This document shows, one piece after another, positions 34,114-44,300 of a stretch of DNA of 57,866 nt. Every line of letters starts with the position of its first letter. Position 1 is the stretch's first letter. The translations under genes and the position numbers were made by a program. The stretch comes from Thermoplasmata archaeon (GTDB taxonomy: Archaea; Thermoplasmatota; Thermoplasmata; Lutacidiplasmatales; UBA184): the NCBI GenBank assembly GCA_035632035.1, contig DASQHP010000037.1, positions 1 through 57,866 of the forward strand. The letters are read 5' to 3'. The notes under the pieces were generated by a model. That model was not told the origin of the DNA, did no database searches, and worked only from the letters and a program-made list of their open reading frames with translations.

Positions 34114-37100
34114 TTACGGAGCCGCGGGCGGGCGCCGAAGGGCCCAGAACCCCGTGGCCGTTTCCGTGGTCCGGAGCTGGCTCTGCAGGAGCTGCAGCGC
34201 CTCACGGGCCTTCGCGAGGGCGGTGCCGTAGTCGCTGGCCCGCAGCTGGATCGACTCCTCCAGCAGCGCGCGCGCCGGCGTCGTATCGACCTTGCGCTCC
34301 GTGGCCCGCGCGAGGGCGGCGTCGATGAGGTAGTGGAGATTCATGAGCTCCCGATGAAGGGCCTTTCGGCGGTTGAGCTCCTCCGAGGCGTCCAGAAGCG
34401 CGTGGGCCGCCGGGAGGACCTGGCCCTCGCGGACCAGCTTTGAGACGTTCTCGAGACTGTGGGCGACCGGCTCGACCGAGACGTGGAGCCCCTCCCGCGC
34501 GAAATTCAGCTCGGTGGTGACCTCATCCAGCTTCTCGTCGAGCCGCCCCCGAACGAGGTGGCGCAGCCGCTCGTCCGCCTGCGCGAGCAGGGCATCGACC
34601 GGCTCGAACCGGCTCGCCTGGACAGCGAGACCGGCCTCGCTGAACAGCTCCATCACCGGTGTGGTGTCCAGGCCCAGCTTCTCCCCGACCCACAGTCGGT
34701 CCTTCAGCTCGGCGAGCCGGCTCTGGTACTTTCGTTGCCGGAGTTCCTTGAGACGAGCCTCCTCGGCATCGATGAGGTCGAGCGCGCCCCCGAACTCTCC
34801 CGCTTGGCTCGCCGCGCTCACCCGGGCCGTGAACTGGGTGCGGGCCTCGGCCTCGATCGAAGAGGTCTCTGCGCCCTCCGCGGGCGCGGGCAGGATGGCC
34901 CGCTCGCGGGATTCGATGAAGGCGAGCAGGGCGTCGCGGATCGCCCCGCGCGACTTGGCAAGCGCGTCCTGAGCGCGCGACCAATCGCGAGCCCCGGAGG
35001 CCTCCTCGGCATCGCCGAGGCTGGCTTCCGCGCTCTCGAGTCCCGTCGGAACCCCCCGGGCCTGCGCCAACTCGTAGAGCCGCCGGACGTCGGCGAGAGC
35101 CTCGGAGTACTGCCGTTCGAGCGCCCACCGGGCGGCCTCCGACGACTCCCGGGCGAGTCGAGTGGAATCGCCGTAAGTGCCGGATTGATGGGCGGCGCGA
35201 GCCGCCTCGAGCGCCGGCAGCGCCCGGCTGGTGTCCGCGCCCATCTCCATCGCCTCCTTGACCTGGCGGTCGGCGGCATCCAGCGCCTCCCGGGAGCGTC
35301 GGAACCCGTCGCGCGCCGAGTCGAGCGCCTCCGACAGGTCGATCGCGTGGGAGAGAACGTCACTGTAGGCATGGCTGGATAGGGCGCGGCGAGCTTGCTC
35401 GATCTCCCGGTCGGCCTCGACCGAGCGGACACCTTCTTCCTGGGCGGAGGTGAGCTTGCGTTCCATCGCCTGGATCGACCCTTCGGCGATCCGCAGCTGG
35501 AGCTCCACCCGCTCGAGCTCCCCGCCCGCGAGCGCGGCCTTCTGGAGGGAGTCGAGCGGTCGGCCTTCTTCGAGCGCCGCGCGGGCCTGTCGGAGCAGGT
35601 TCTCCGCGACGGTCGTGTCGCTCCCCTCGTGCCGGGCGCGGGCGATCGTGGCCTGGATCCCGGCCAGCGTCCGTCCGACCTGCTGGGCCGTGGCCTGGAT
35701 CATCTCGCGCTCCAGAGTGGACGCGAGCTCGATCACCTTCGCATACTCCTTCCGCGAGAGGGCTGCCTCGACCACGCTCAGGCGGTCAAGCGGTTCCCGG
35801 ACGTTCACGCGGGCGAGCTCGGCCCCGCTGAGCGCATCCCTCGCCCGGCGGAGCCCGCGCTCGGCGTGCTCGAGGAACCCTCGGGACTCCACGAGCTTAG
35901 AACGGGCCCGCTCAAGGACCTCGGCCACACCGCTCGGGACGGGAAGACCCAGTCGGCGGCGGGCGTCACCCAGGAGCTCGGCCACATCCGGCGCGTCGAC
36001 CCCGGTCGACCTTGCCACTTCGAAGTCCTGCTCGATCGTCCGGAGGTGGTCGGATAGAACGGGACGGAGCAGCTGGATGAGGCCCCCGTGGGCCGAGCGC
36101 GCGAGCGCCTCCGCCTCGGCGAATTTTCCCGCGGCGACGAGGCCGTCCAGCTCGGTGAGCTGCGAACGCACGGTTCCCGTGTCCAGGCCCAGGCGCTCGG
36201 CGTCCTCAGAGAGCAGCTGCGCCTCCGCGGACAGCCGACGGGCCTCCGCCTCCGCTCGGGCCGCGGCGAGCGCCGTCGATAGCGACTCGAGCTGCGCCAG
36301 GGCCCCGTCAAAGTCGAGCGCCTGGTAGGCGATCCGGGTCAGTCGGAGCTGCTCCCGATAGGCGTCCACGGAGATCCCCGACTCCTTGAGCGACTGGAAC
36401 AGGTCGGCGGTCTCGGACATGCCATCGAGGATCCGCTGCGCCGTCGCCTTGGTCCGACCCGCCGCGTCCAGGACCTCCTTGGCGGCCTGGAACGCGTCGG
36501 CGTAGCGACGCTCCCGGGCGGCGGCCTGGGCGGTCTCGAGCCGGGAGCGTAGCGGTCCGGGCTCTAGCCCCATCTTGCCGAGCTCGACCAGCGCGAGCTT
36601 CGCATGGGAGACCGCGTCCTCGCTGCGGACGAGCTGCTGCTGCTGGGCCCGCGTCCGGATCTCCTGGGAGGTACGCGAGGCCTTGACGAAGTCCCCCATG
36701 TTGAAGATCTGCTGGACCTCGTCGATCTGCCGTTGGATCTCGTCACCGGTCCCGCCCATCTCCTCGAGGACCTTGCGCTCCTCCTCGAGCATCTCCACGA
36801 GCGTCGAGGCGTGTGCGGCGAAGACCGCGGAGAACTCCCGCTCCGCGCGGCGGAGGCTATCGATGGAGCCCGGAAGATCCTCCTTCACCCGGAGGTTCAC
36901 ATCCGCGTCGGCGAGGAGCCGGCGGACGGGCGCCACCAGGGATTCGTCCGGGATCTCCTTGAACCCGCTCTCGAGCTCCTCCACCCGGCGCGCGACATAG
37001 GGCCCGGCGGCCGTCCGGAGCGCCACCTCCACCGAGGCAGCCTGCTCGGCGGCCTCGGCGAGCTGGCCGTTCTCGAGGAGCTGGCGAGCCCGGGCAAGCT

Positions 37101-38568
37101 GTGCCTCGGTGTCCGGGGGCAGGAAGCTTCGCTCGCGGGCCATGAGTATGACCCGCTCGAGGGCGGCGAACCGGTCGGAGAAGTAGGCGACGGTCTCCGC
37201 GCCCAGTCGTCGAATCGTCTCCGCGAGGAGCTGGCGGGCCGGCTCGAGCTCGACCCGGTCGAGCATGGAGGCGATCCGGTCCAGCGTCTCGGCGTGGATG
37301 GCGGTGGGGAACCGCGAGGTCGCGAGTCGGCCGAGGAGATCCCGCAGGGAATCTGCTTCGGACCGGGCGCTGTCCAGCTCGGCCGTGAGCTGGGCGACCC
37401 GGTCGGCTGCCTCCTGGCTCGCCGCGAGCGCCTCGCTGTAGATCTTGAGGCGGAGCGCTTCTCGGGCCCGGTTCATCGCGGAGAACACTTCCGTCGCGTC
37501 CCGACCCAGGCGCCGGGCCTCCACGAGCTTCGGCCGGACACTGTCGAGCAGGCTCGCGACGATCCCGACGACCGGCTCCTCCGTCGCCGCTCGGGCGGTC
37601 TGGAGAAGCCTCGGGAGGTCGGCCGGGCCCGCCGTCGGCACCTTGCCCCCGACGTCCTCGACGATCACGAGGCTGGGCGTCGGGTCAACGTCGTACTCCC
37701 GGACCGACTCGAGCGTCCGCCCGAGCGCCTGCACGACCTGGGCGACCTTCTCCCGCAGCGCGTCGGCCAGCTGGCCCGCCTCGCCCTCAATGCCGACCAC
37801 GGTGCGCGGCCAGTCGATGGGGGGGGATTCGGCATCGGCCTGGAGCGCGGTCCCGAGCTGGGTGGTGGGGACTCCCAGGTCCCGGCCTGCGGCGAGGATC
37901 TCGGCCCCCATGCTGCGGGCCGCTTCGCGCCGTTTCGCGCCCTCGGGGACCTCGTCGACCAGCAGGCGATTGATCCGGTCCTGGCCCTCCGCGAGCTTCC
38001 CTTCCGTCACCGGCTCGACGGCGGTCCGGAATAGGCCCTCGAGTTCCGCGAGCCGGCCCGGTGTCTCGCCGGCCCACTCCGCGTAGCCGCGGGCTCGGGT
38101 CCGAAGCTGAGCGGAGAACTCCGCCTGGGCGGAGTGGATCCATTTGTCGAGCTCGGTCAGCCGACCAACCGTCCGGGACCAGTCCTCATCCGTCCCACCG
38201 GGGGCCACGCCCGCGAGGGCCTCGGAAAAGCCGTCGGGAAGCGGAAGGCCGAACTGGACGAGCCGGTCGCCCCGTTCGGCGATCTGCTTACGCTTTCCCT
38301 CGAACGCCGAGCCGGCGTCGGTGACGATCTGCTCGTGGAGCGCCTTCGACTGGGCCTCGACGGCGGGCCAGTCGGAATGCCGGACGAGCTCGAGGATCTG
38401 CGCTTCCTTCTCCCGGGCGCCGGGAAGGACGATCTCGATGGCTTCGAGCTGGCCGATCCGCTCCTGGACTTCGTGGAGCGCGGTCTCCGCGGACTCGCGC
38501 TGCTTCTTCAGCAGCGCGGCCTTCTCCTGGAGGATCTTGGTAAGGCGGGAGGAGGGAACGGTCCCCAA
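34114..38568 (-). CDS. Giant (1484 aa) cytoplasmic all-alpha repeat / coiled-coil protein
   Basis: One uninterrupted ORF with a TTG start at 38568. There is no signal peptide or TM segment. The composition is Ala/Glu/Leu/Arg-rich, with at least 15 copies of a helical-hairpin module (see finding). Confidence 0.7.
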   Translation of the reverse strand: MGTVPSSRLTKILQEKAALLKKQRESAETALHEVQERIGQLEAIEIVLPGAREKEAQILELVRHSDWPAVEAQSKALHEQIVTDAGSAFEGKRKQIAERGDRLVQFGLPLPDGFSEALAGVAPGGTDEDWSRTVGRLTELDKWIHSAQAEFSAQLRTRARGYAEWAGETPGRLAELEGLFRTAVEPVTEGKLAEGQDRINRLLVDEVPEGAKRREAARSMGAEILAAGRDLGVPTTQLGTALQADAESPPIDWPRTVVGIEGEAGQLADALREKVAQVVQALGRTLESVREYDVDPTPSLVIVEDVGGKVPTAGPADLPRLLQTARAATEEPVVGIVASLLDSVRPKLVEARRLGRDATEVFSAMNRAREALRLKIYSEALAASQEAADRVAQLTAELDSARSEADSLRDLLGRLATSRFPTAIHAETLDRIASMLDRVELEPARQLLAETIRRLGAETVAYFSDRFAALERVILMARERSFLPPDTEAQLARARQLLENGQLAEAAEQAASVEVALRTAAGPYVARRVEELESGFKEIPDESLVAPVRRLLADADVNLRVKEDLPGSIDSLRRAEREFSAVFAAHASTLVEMLEEERKVLEEMGGTGDEIQRQIDEVQQIFNMGDFVKASRTSQEIRTRAQQQQLVRSEDAVSHAKLALVELGKMGLEPGPLRSRLETAQAAARERRYADAFQAAKEVLDAAGRTKATAQRILDGMSETADLFQSLKESGISVDAYREQLRLTRIAYQALDFDGALAQLESLSTALAAARAEAEARRLSAEAQLLSEDAERLGLDTGTVRSQLTELDGLVAAGKFAEAEALARSAHGGLIQLLRPVLSDHLRTIEQDFEVARSTGVDAPDVAELLGDARRRLGLPVPSGVAEVLERARSKLVESRGFLEHAERGLRRARDALSGAELARVNVREPLDRLSVVEAALSRKEYAKVIELASTLEREMIQATAQQVGRTLAGIQATIARARHEGSDTTVAENLLRQARAALEEGRPLDSLQKAALAGGELERVELQLRIAEGSIQAMERKLTSAQEEGVRSVEADREIEQARRALSSHAYSDVLSHAIDLSEALDSARDGFRRSREALDAADRQVKEAMEMGADTSRALPALEAARAAHQSGTYGDSTRLARESSEAARWALERQYSEALADVRRLYELAQARGVPTGLESAEASLGDAEEASGARDWSRAQDALAKSRGAIRDALLAFIESRERAILPAPAEGAETSSIEAEARTQFTARVSAASQAGEFGGALDLIDAEEARLKELRQRKYQSRLAELKDRLWVGEKLGLDTTPVMELFSEAGLAVQASRFEPVDALLAQADERLRHLVRGRLDEKLDEVTTELNFAREGLHVSVEPVAHSLENVSKLVREGQVLPAAHALLDASEELNRRKALHRELMNLHYLIDAALARATERKVDTTPARALLEESIQLRASDYGTALAKAREALQLLQSQLRTTETATGFWALRRPPAAP

Positions 38569-38723
38569 TCCGCCTGGTCCGGCCGTGGGTCTTGCCTCCT
38601 CCCTTTAGGGAACTGGCCCCAGCAACCGAATGGAGGGGGCTCCAAGGCGATTCATGCGAGCCCATCGATATAAAGCGTCGGCCCCGAGGACGGGCTGCCG
38701 CCGCCGGTCCGTGGGTCGCCCGC

Positions 38724-39110
38724 TTATGGCCGGGTGATGCGACGCTTGCCCATCGCATCGATGTACTGGATCTCGGTGCCCGGCTGGAGCTGCCCCTTCA
38801 GGTCCGCGTCGAGGGGGAGGCTGAAGGTTTCGTAGCTTTCCATGTCCATGAGCTGGACCTCCGCGTCCGAGAGCGACAGGACCTGCGCCTGCTTCTTCCC
38901 GATCATCGGGATCTGGACCTTGTGCTTCACGGGGAAGACCACCGACCGCTTGGACCCGTCGAACACGCCCACCGCGTCGATGCGGGCCTTCGCCTCGCCG
39001 TGCTTCCCGGGTTTGGAAGTCTGGATGCTGATGATCCGGCAGGGCTCGTCGTCGATGATCATGTACCGGCCCTCCTTGAGCTCCCGGACCTCCGCCTGCG
39101 TCCACGCCAT
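38724..39110 (-). CDS. eif5a: Translation initiation factor 5A (aIF5A)
   Basis: 128 aa. Contains the hypusination loop [14 protein letters not shown] and OB-fold C-terminal domain strings. Confidence 0.9.
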   Translation of the reverse strand: MAWTQAEVRELKEGRYMIIDDEPCRIISIQTSKPGKHGEAKARIDAVGVFDGSKRSVVFPVKHKVQIPMIGKKQAQVLSLSDAEVQLMDMESYETFSLPLDADLKGQLQPGTEIQYIDAMGKRRITRP

Positions 39111-39248
39111 TCTCGCGACCTTCGCTGAGGGCGGGGGACGCGGCCCGTGACTTAACCGTTACCCCGGACGGCGACCGTCGGGCGGCGGCCCTGCGGGCCG
39201 CCAACGTCCGATCAGGGACCGGGGTCGACTGAGTCCGACGCGGGACCA

Positions 39249-39285
39249 TATGTGTATTAATACGTATTGACACGTAAATCAAATG
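39249..39285. promoter_or_regulatory. AT-rich promoter/operator island: palindromic TATTAATA (39255-39262) overlapping a perfect 10-bp palindrome AATACGTATT (39259-39268)
   Basis: This is the strongest AT island in the window. GGAGG at 39291-39295 lies 13 nt before the ATG at 39309. Confidence 0.45.
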
Positions 39286-39308
39286 CCCCCGGAGGGGCAC
39301 GCGGTGAC

Positions 39309-39938
39309 ATGGCGCGAAACGGACGTCAACGGACGGTCTACCTGGTGACAGCTGCGGCGATGTTGGCGATGATCGGCGGGTATGCTCTCGCCGCGACGAC
39401 GGTCACCACCCTGAGCCCGCAGCAAGCGTCCAACGTCACGCAGACGCCCAGCCCCGGAGGGTTCGCGGGGATCGCCGCGGTCACCTCCGAGCAGCTCGTC
39501 GTGCTGTCGGGCGGGATGGCCGGGTCGACCGCGGCGGGGACGGAGACCGCCGGGGCCGTCGGACTCTCGGGAGCCCCGTCGGCGCTCGCGGCGTGCGCGA
39601 CGCCGCCGTGTGCGGCCGTGAACCGCATCACCGCGCTTCCGGCTACCGAGACAAGCGGCGACTTCGGAGAGCAGATCTTCCTCTCCGTGACCCAACCGTC
39701 CGGCGCCGCGACCAACAGCGTCGGGTTCGATATGGCCGTGACCGTCTCGATCACCGTGGGCGCCGTGACCTCCTCCGTGAACGCTCTTGCCTACCTCGCG
39801 ACCGGCTCGACGGGGGGCGGATCGAGCTCGTCGGTTCCCGTGTTCCTCTTTGTCGACTTGGGAACGACGAGCGCCCCGGTCATCAACTCGGTCTCGGTGG
39901 TCTTCAACCAGTGCTCGAGCGCGACAACCTGCCCCTAG
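39309..39938 (+). CDS. Secreted or membrane-anchored protein, paralog A (C-x4-C and C-x5-C-P motifs)
   Basis: ORF 39267..39938, trimmed to ATG at 39309. The N-terminus is MARNGRQRTVYLVTAAAMLAMIGGYALAA. It ends ...LFVDLGTTSAPVINSVSVVFNQCSSATTCP. Confidence 0.55.
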   Translation: MARNGRQRTVYLVTAAAMLAMIGGYALAATTVTTLSPQQASNVTQTPSPGGFAGIAAVTSEQLVVLSGGMAGSTAAGTETAGAVGLSGAPSALAACATPPCAAVNRITALPATETSGDFGEQIFLSVTQPSGAATNSVGFDMAVTVSITVGAVTSSVNALAYLATGSTGGGSSSSVPVFLFVDLGTTSAPVINSVSVVFNQCSSATTCP

Positions 39939-40034
39939 ACCGCGAGCCGCCGGTCGCCTGCCGCCCAGCCGAGCCCCGCCCGGCCGGCGAACCCCTTCCC
40001 CACCCTTCCCCTGCCGTGTAGCGGACCCACGGTG

Positions 40035-40664
40035 ATGAGTCGAAACCACGCCCCCCCGGTGCCCATTCGCCTGGTGGGGTGGGCCGTAGTTTCCGGTCTC
40101 CTCGCGCTCCTCACCCAGGTCCCGCTCACCGCGGCCAGCACCACCGTGACGCCGTTCAGCTCGAGCGCCGAGGGCGCGCGGGTGGTCGTCCCGGCGACAC
40201 CTCCGAAGGGAGTCGCGGTCGTGAATATCTCTCTCGTGCTCTTGACCGCGACCGTGCCCGGTCCTACGGCCGTATCGGGCCGTCAGACGGCCGGGACGGT
40301 CGGCCTCGCGGGGAGCACGGCCCGATTGGGGTCCTGCAACCTTGGGCCGTGCACTCGCCAGTACCGGCCCGCCGGGGCTGCAGGCCTCAAGGCTGGCCAC
40401 TGGGCGGTGGAGGTCCGATTGACCGTGGTCCAACCCTCGTTCCGGCTCGCGAAGCCGTCCGGCTTCGGGGTGGAGGTCGCCGTCCGTGCAGGGGCGGGTT
40501 GGGTGGCGGCGTGGGCGTACTACTCGACCGGACTTAGCCGAGCCGTAGCCAATCAGACCATCGACCTCAACCTCTGGGTCGACCTGGGCACGACGATCCG
40601 ACCGTCGTCACTCCCCGTCGTGGTCGCCATCGGGCCCTGTGCGTCGACGGCGGTCTGCCCGTGA
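40035..40664 (+). CDS. Secreted or membrane-anchored protein, paralog B
   Basis: ORF 40032..40664 (GTG-ATG start). The N-terminal hydrophobic segment is LVGWAVVSGLLALLTQVPL. It shares TAG.VGL.G....L..C...PC, QPS, and L(F/W)VDLGTT ... C.S...CP-end with the 39309 gene. Confidence 0.55.
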   Translation: MSRNHAPPVPIRLVGWAVVSGLLALLTQVPLTAASTTVTPFSSSAEGARVVVPATPPKGVAVVNISLVLLTATVPGPTAVSGRQTAGTVGLAGSTARLGSCNLGPCTRQYRPAGAAGLKAGHWAVEVRLTVVQPSFRLAKPSGFGVEVAVRAGAGWVAAWAYYSTGLSRAVANQTIDLNLWVDLGTTIRPSSLPVVVAIGPCASTAVCP

Positions 40665-41281
40665 CGAGACCGGATGACGGAAGGTCCTCGAAGGAGCGCG
40701 GCTCCAGCGCGGAGCTCCCTCGCGACGACACAGCCTCACCGGCCCGCGATCGCCCCTTACTCGAACGTTCTCGGGACGCCGGTCCGCTACTGTTCGTAGC
40801 GGGGGCGTGCTTTCTCCTGGGGCTCTTCCTGCGCGCGATGGACACGAATGGTCCGGTGACCGCCCTCCCCGTCTGGTCGTTGTTTCTCGCCCTGGGTCTT
40901 GTGGCATCGCTGGGGGCGGGCTATCTACTGACGGTCAGGGGGGACCCGACCGATGACCTGCGCCCAGAACCCGCCGCCTCCCGCGGGGTCGTCCCCCGCG
41001 AATCGCGAGAGGAGGCCGATCCGGAAAGGTCCACCATCCCGAACCGGCCCCGTCCCGAGGTCGTTTCGAGACACGCCTTCCCCGAACCGCTTCCCGAGGA
41101 CATGAGCGAGAAAGTTCGACCTCCTGCGGTGAAACGACGTCCGCGTCCGAACACGACCCCGGCTCCGGCGGAGGTGCCGCCAGACCGTTCCCCCACCGAC
41201 CCGGCTGAGCAGGTGATCGCGGAGATCGACCGGATGTTGGCCGACCTTCGGCCCGTCCGACCGCGGCCAGCCACCCGCTGA
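40661..41281 (+). CDS. Two-TM membrane protein with disordered Pro/Arg-rich tails
   Basis: The GTG at 40661 forms a GTGA overlap with the paralog B stop. The TM segments are LLFVAGACFLLGLFL and LPVWSLFLALGLVASLGAGYLL. Confidence 0.45.
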   Translation: MTRPDDGRSSKERGSSAELPRDDTASPARDRPLLERSRDAGPLLFVAGACFLLGLFLRAMDTNGPVTALPVWSLFLALGLVASLGAGYLLTVRGDPTDDLRPEPAASRGVVPRESREEADPERSTIPNRPRPEVVSRHAFPEPLPEDMSEKVRPPAVKRRPRPNTTPAPAEVPPDRSPTDPAEQVIAEIDRMLADLRPVRPRPATR

Positions 41282-41353
41282 GTTCGCAAGGGTTTATGCC
41301 GTCGCATCGCTCTAAACGACTCCCGAAACGCGGGTCAGAGAGGGGACCCCTTC

Positions 41354-44300
41354 ATGCTACGATCGATCGGCCCGTTTGACGCCCGGTCGATCGAAGAGTC
41401 GACGCGCCGTTACTGGTCCTCCCGATCCCTTCCCGCCCCTTCGGGGGGCCTGGGGCCACCGTCGGGGGGCCGGACCCACCAATTGTTCGGGACGGTGACG
41501 AGCGAGGAGACCTTCCTCGCCCTCGTCCATCGTGCTGTACTGGCCGACGCCGACGCTCGATACCTGGCCCAGGCCGGCCGCCGGACCTCAGGCCGCATCC
41601 TGGTCCGGGCGCACGGACCCTCTGGGGAGGTCGAGTCCGCGGCGGAAGTGCTCCGTCGCCTCGGCGTCTGGCTCGGAGGGGGCCAGCCCGAGAAGTTGGC
41701 GCCGGATCCCCACGTCGACCGAATCCAGGCAATGGTGGACCGGCTGGCCGCGGCCAATCTTCTCGTGAGCCGGGAAGCGCCGATCCGAAGCTGCCCCGTG
41801 TGCCGAACGCCTCGCACTCCAGCGGGGATCGTCTACGAGGAAGCGCGCGCCCCGGCGTACCTCGTGCGCTTTCCCCTGCGAGAGACCACCCCACGCGTGA
41901 GCCTTCTCGTCTGGGTGGATTCTCTTTGGAAGCTCCTCGGAACCACCGCCCTCGTCGTGAACCCGACACTGTCCTACGTGACGGCCCGGTTCCGCCGTCA
42001 CGGCGAGGAGGAGCTCATCCTCCTCTCCCGCTCCGCGATGGCGCGACTGGCCGAATGGATCCCCGGCGCCGAGCTCGAGGTACTCTCGGAGAGCCCGGGC
42101 GCTTCCCTCGAAGGACGGCGGTACGACCATCCGCTCTCGCACGAGGCGCCGGGCCTCGGCGCCATCGAGGGGGCGGCGGGGGCCATCCACGCTTCGGCCG
42201 AGGTGACGGACAGTGGCACGGGGATCGTGACGCTCGTACCCAGCCACGGCGCCGGCGACGCCGCCGTGGGAATCGCCCTGGGCGTCGCGGGATGGCCCGT
42301 CCTCGATTCCGACCTCACGCTCTCGACGGGTTTCTCGCACAAGTACCAGGGGCTCGCCATCGATGCCGGCGAGGCGTTCATCCAGCGAGATGTCTCCGAC
42401 AGCGGCTACCTGTTCGCGCAGTTGACCGTGCGCCGCGGCGTTCCCCACTGCGCGGTCTGCGGCGAGGGGCTCGTCTGGGAGACGGGTCGGACCTGGTGCC
42501 TGGAGCCCGGACGGCTGTCCGCGGACCGGCTCGACCTGCTCGGACGCCTGCTTCCACAGGAATCACTCCCACCGGCCGAAGAGACCGTACCCTGGCCCGT
42601 GACCGAGCGCGACACCACCGAGGATGACTCGGCGCCCCTCCTGTTGGATTGCCCATCGTGCGGACGACTCTCTCCGGCCTCGGCGCGCGCGGCCTGCCCG
42701 TGCGGGGGGACCCGTCAACCCGTGCGTCGTCACCTGCTGCCGGTCTTCCTGGAGACGCTGGTCGCCTGGGCCCGTGAGACCCCGTTCCCGGCGGGTGAAG
42801 CCCTCCGGCTCTATGTCGCGGACCGCCGGCGGATCCCGGCGGTGATCCACCACCTGGTGGCGATGGAAGGGGCGGATGCCCACCCGGGCGAGGTTCGCTT
42901 GGCGATCTTTCCGACGCTGCCGACGGGCAACCCACGCGGCTTCGAGATCGGGGCCGACGAGCCGGTCGACGCCGTCCGCGCAACGCTCGTGGGTCTGCGG
43001 GGCGCGCCACGGGCTGGACTCGTCTCCCTCGCCGACCGGCGCGTCGCCGAGGACCGTCGACTCCGGAAGCTCTGGGCCACCGTCCAGGACGCGATTCTCG
43101 CGATGTCCCGGGATGGCTACTCCATCGGAGCCACGCCCATCGGGGCGAGACTGAGCGAGCTCCGGGAGGAGGACCGGGCGTTCCTGTCGACGTTCGAGCG
43201 GATGCGCCTCGAGGTCCTCCGCGAGTACGAACTCGGTCACCTGGCCATCGTACAGGCCCGGCTCGCGCGGTTCCTCGAGGACGACCTGCGGGACGGGTTC
43301 CTACCGCTCATCCGCAGGCGGCTGGATTCCGCGGGCCTCCCGCCGGAAAAGTCCGCGGCCTACGCCGTGCTCGCCCACGTGCTTCCGCTCTGGGCGGAGC
43401 TCTACGCGCCCATCGCGCCCTTCACGTGCGAGGCGATCGGCCGGCTGTTCCGCGGCGAGGGAGAGAGTCTCTTCGAACGGCCCTTTACACCCATCCTGCA
43501 AACCGTGCTGGACCCCAACGCCGAGCGGGCGTACCGTCGGTGGCGCTCGGTCAGCCAGAGCCTGGTCCGAGCGCGTCGGCACCTTCGCCTCCCCGCCGCC
43601 ACCCCCCTGGAGCGGGTGGTCCTCTTCGTTCGCGAAGAGGAAGCCGCGGACGAGCTGCGGGCGGCCTCCGAGATCCTCGCCCGGATCACGAACGTCCAAT
43701 CCCTCGAGGTCGCATCTCCCAACCTTCCGTGGGAAGGAAAGCGCGTCCAGGCAGTCCCTGTGCTTTCGGCGATCCAGAAAGTGTTCGCGACGGGTACGCC
43801 TCGAGTGGTGCGCCTTCTGAGCGGTCTCCCCGGGCGCCGCGTCCAGGAAGGGATCCGGTCCCACTCCCTCCAGGTGGCGGTGGAGGGGCGCCCGGTCGAG
43901 ATCATCAGTTCGATGGTGGAGTTCGTCGAGACCCTCCCCGAGGGGGTCGTCCCGATCCCGTGGGAGCTCGGCGAGCTCTACATCCAGGTCCCGCTCGGGG
44001 CCCGTGCGGGCGGGGAGGGCGACGCACCCCCGCTCACTCCGGATGGGTTCCGCCTCCTGCGGCGAGTGCGTCGTCGGCTTCGGACGGCCCTCGCGATCCA
44101 GTCGATTCCCGGCATCGTCGTGTTCGCCCAAGGTCGGCTGGCGGAGGAGGTCGACCGCCAGCAAACGGCCCTGACGCGGTACCTGGGGGTCCCGCGTCTC
44201 AAGATCGTCGCTTCCTCGGAAGGCTTTCCTCGGGACGAGGTGGTGGTGGGCCGCAGCGGCCGGGGCGACCGCTGGTCCGTCTGGGTACCCGGTGTGAAGG

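Noticed and set aside
39184-39202. Perfect 8-bp GC hairpin (GGCGGCCC-TGC-GGGCCGCC) and a neighbouring GACGG-CGA-CCGTC hairpin in the aIF5A upstream spacer
   Set aside because: Short GC-only stems arise readily by chance at this GC content, and archaeal terminators are normally T-tracts. There is no supporting context for a regulatory role.
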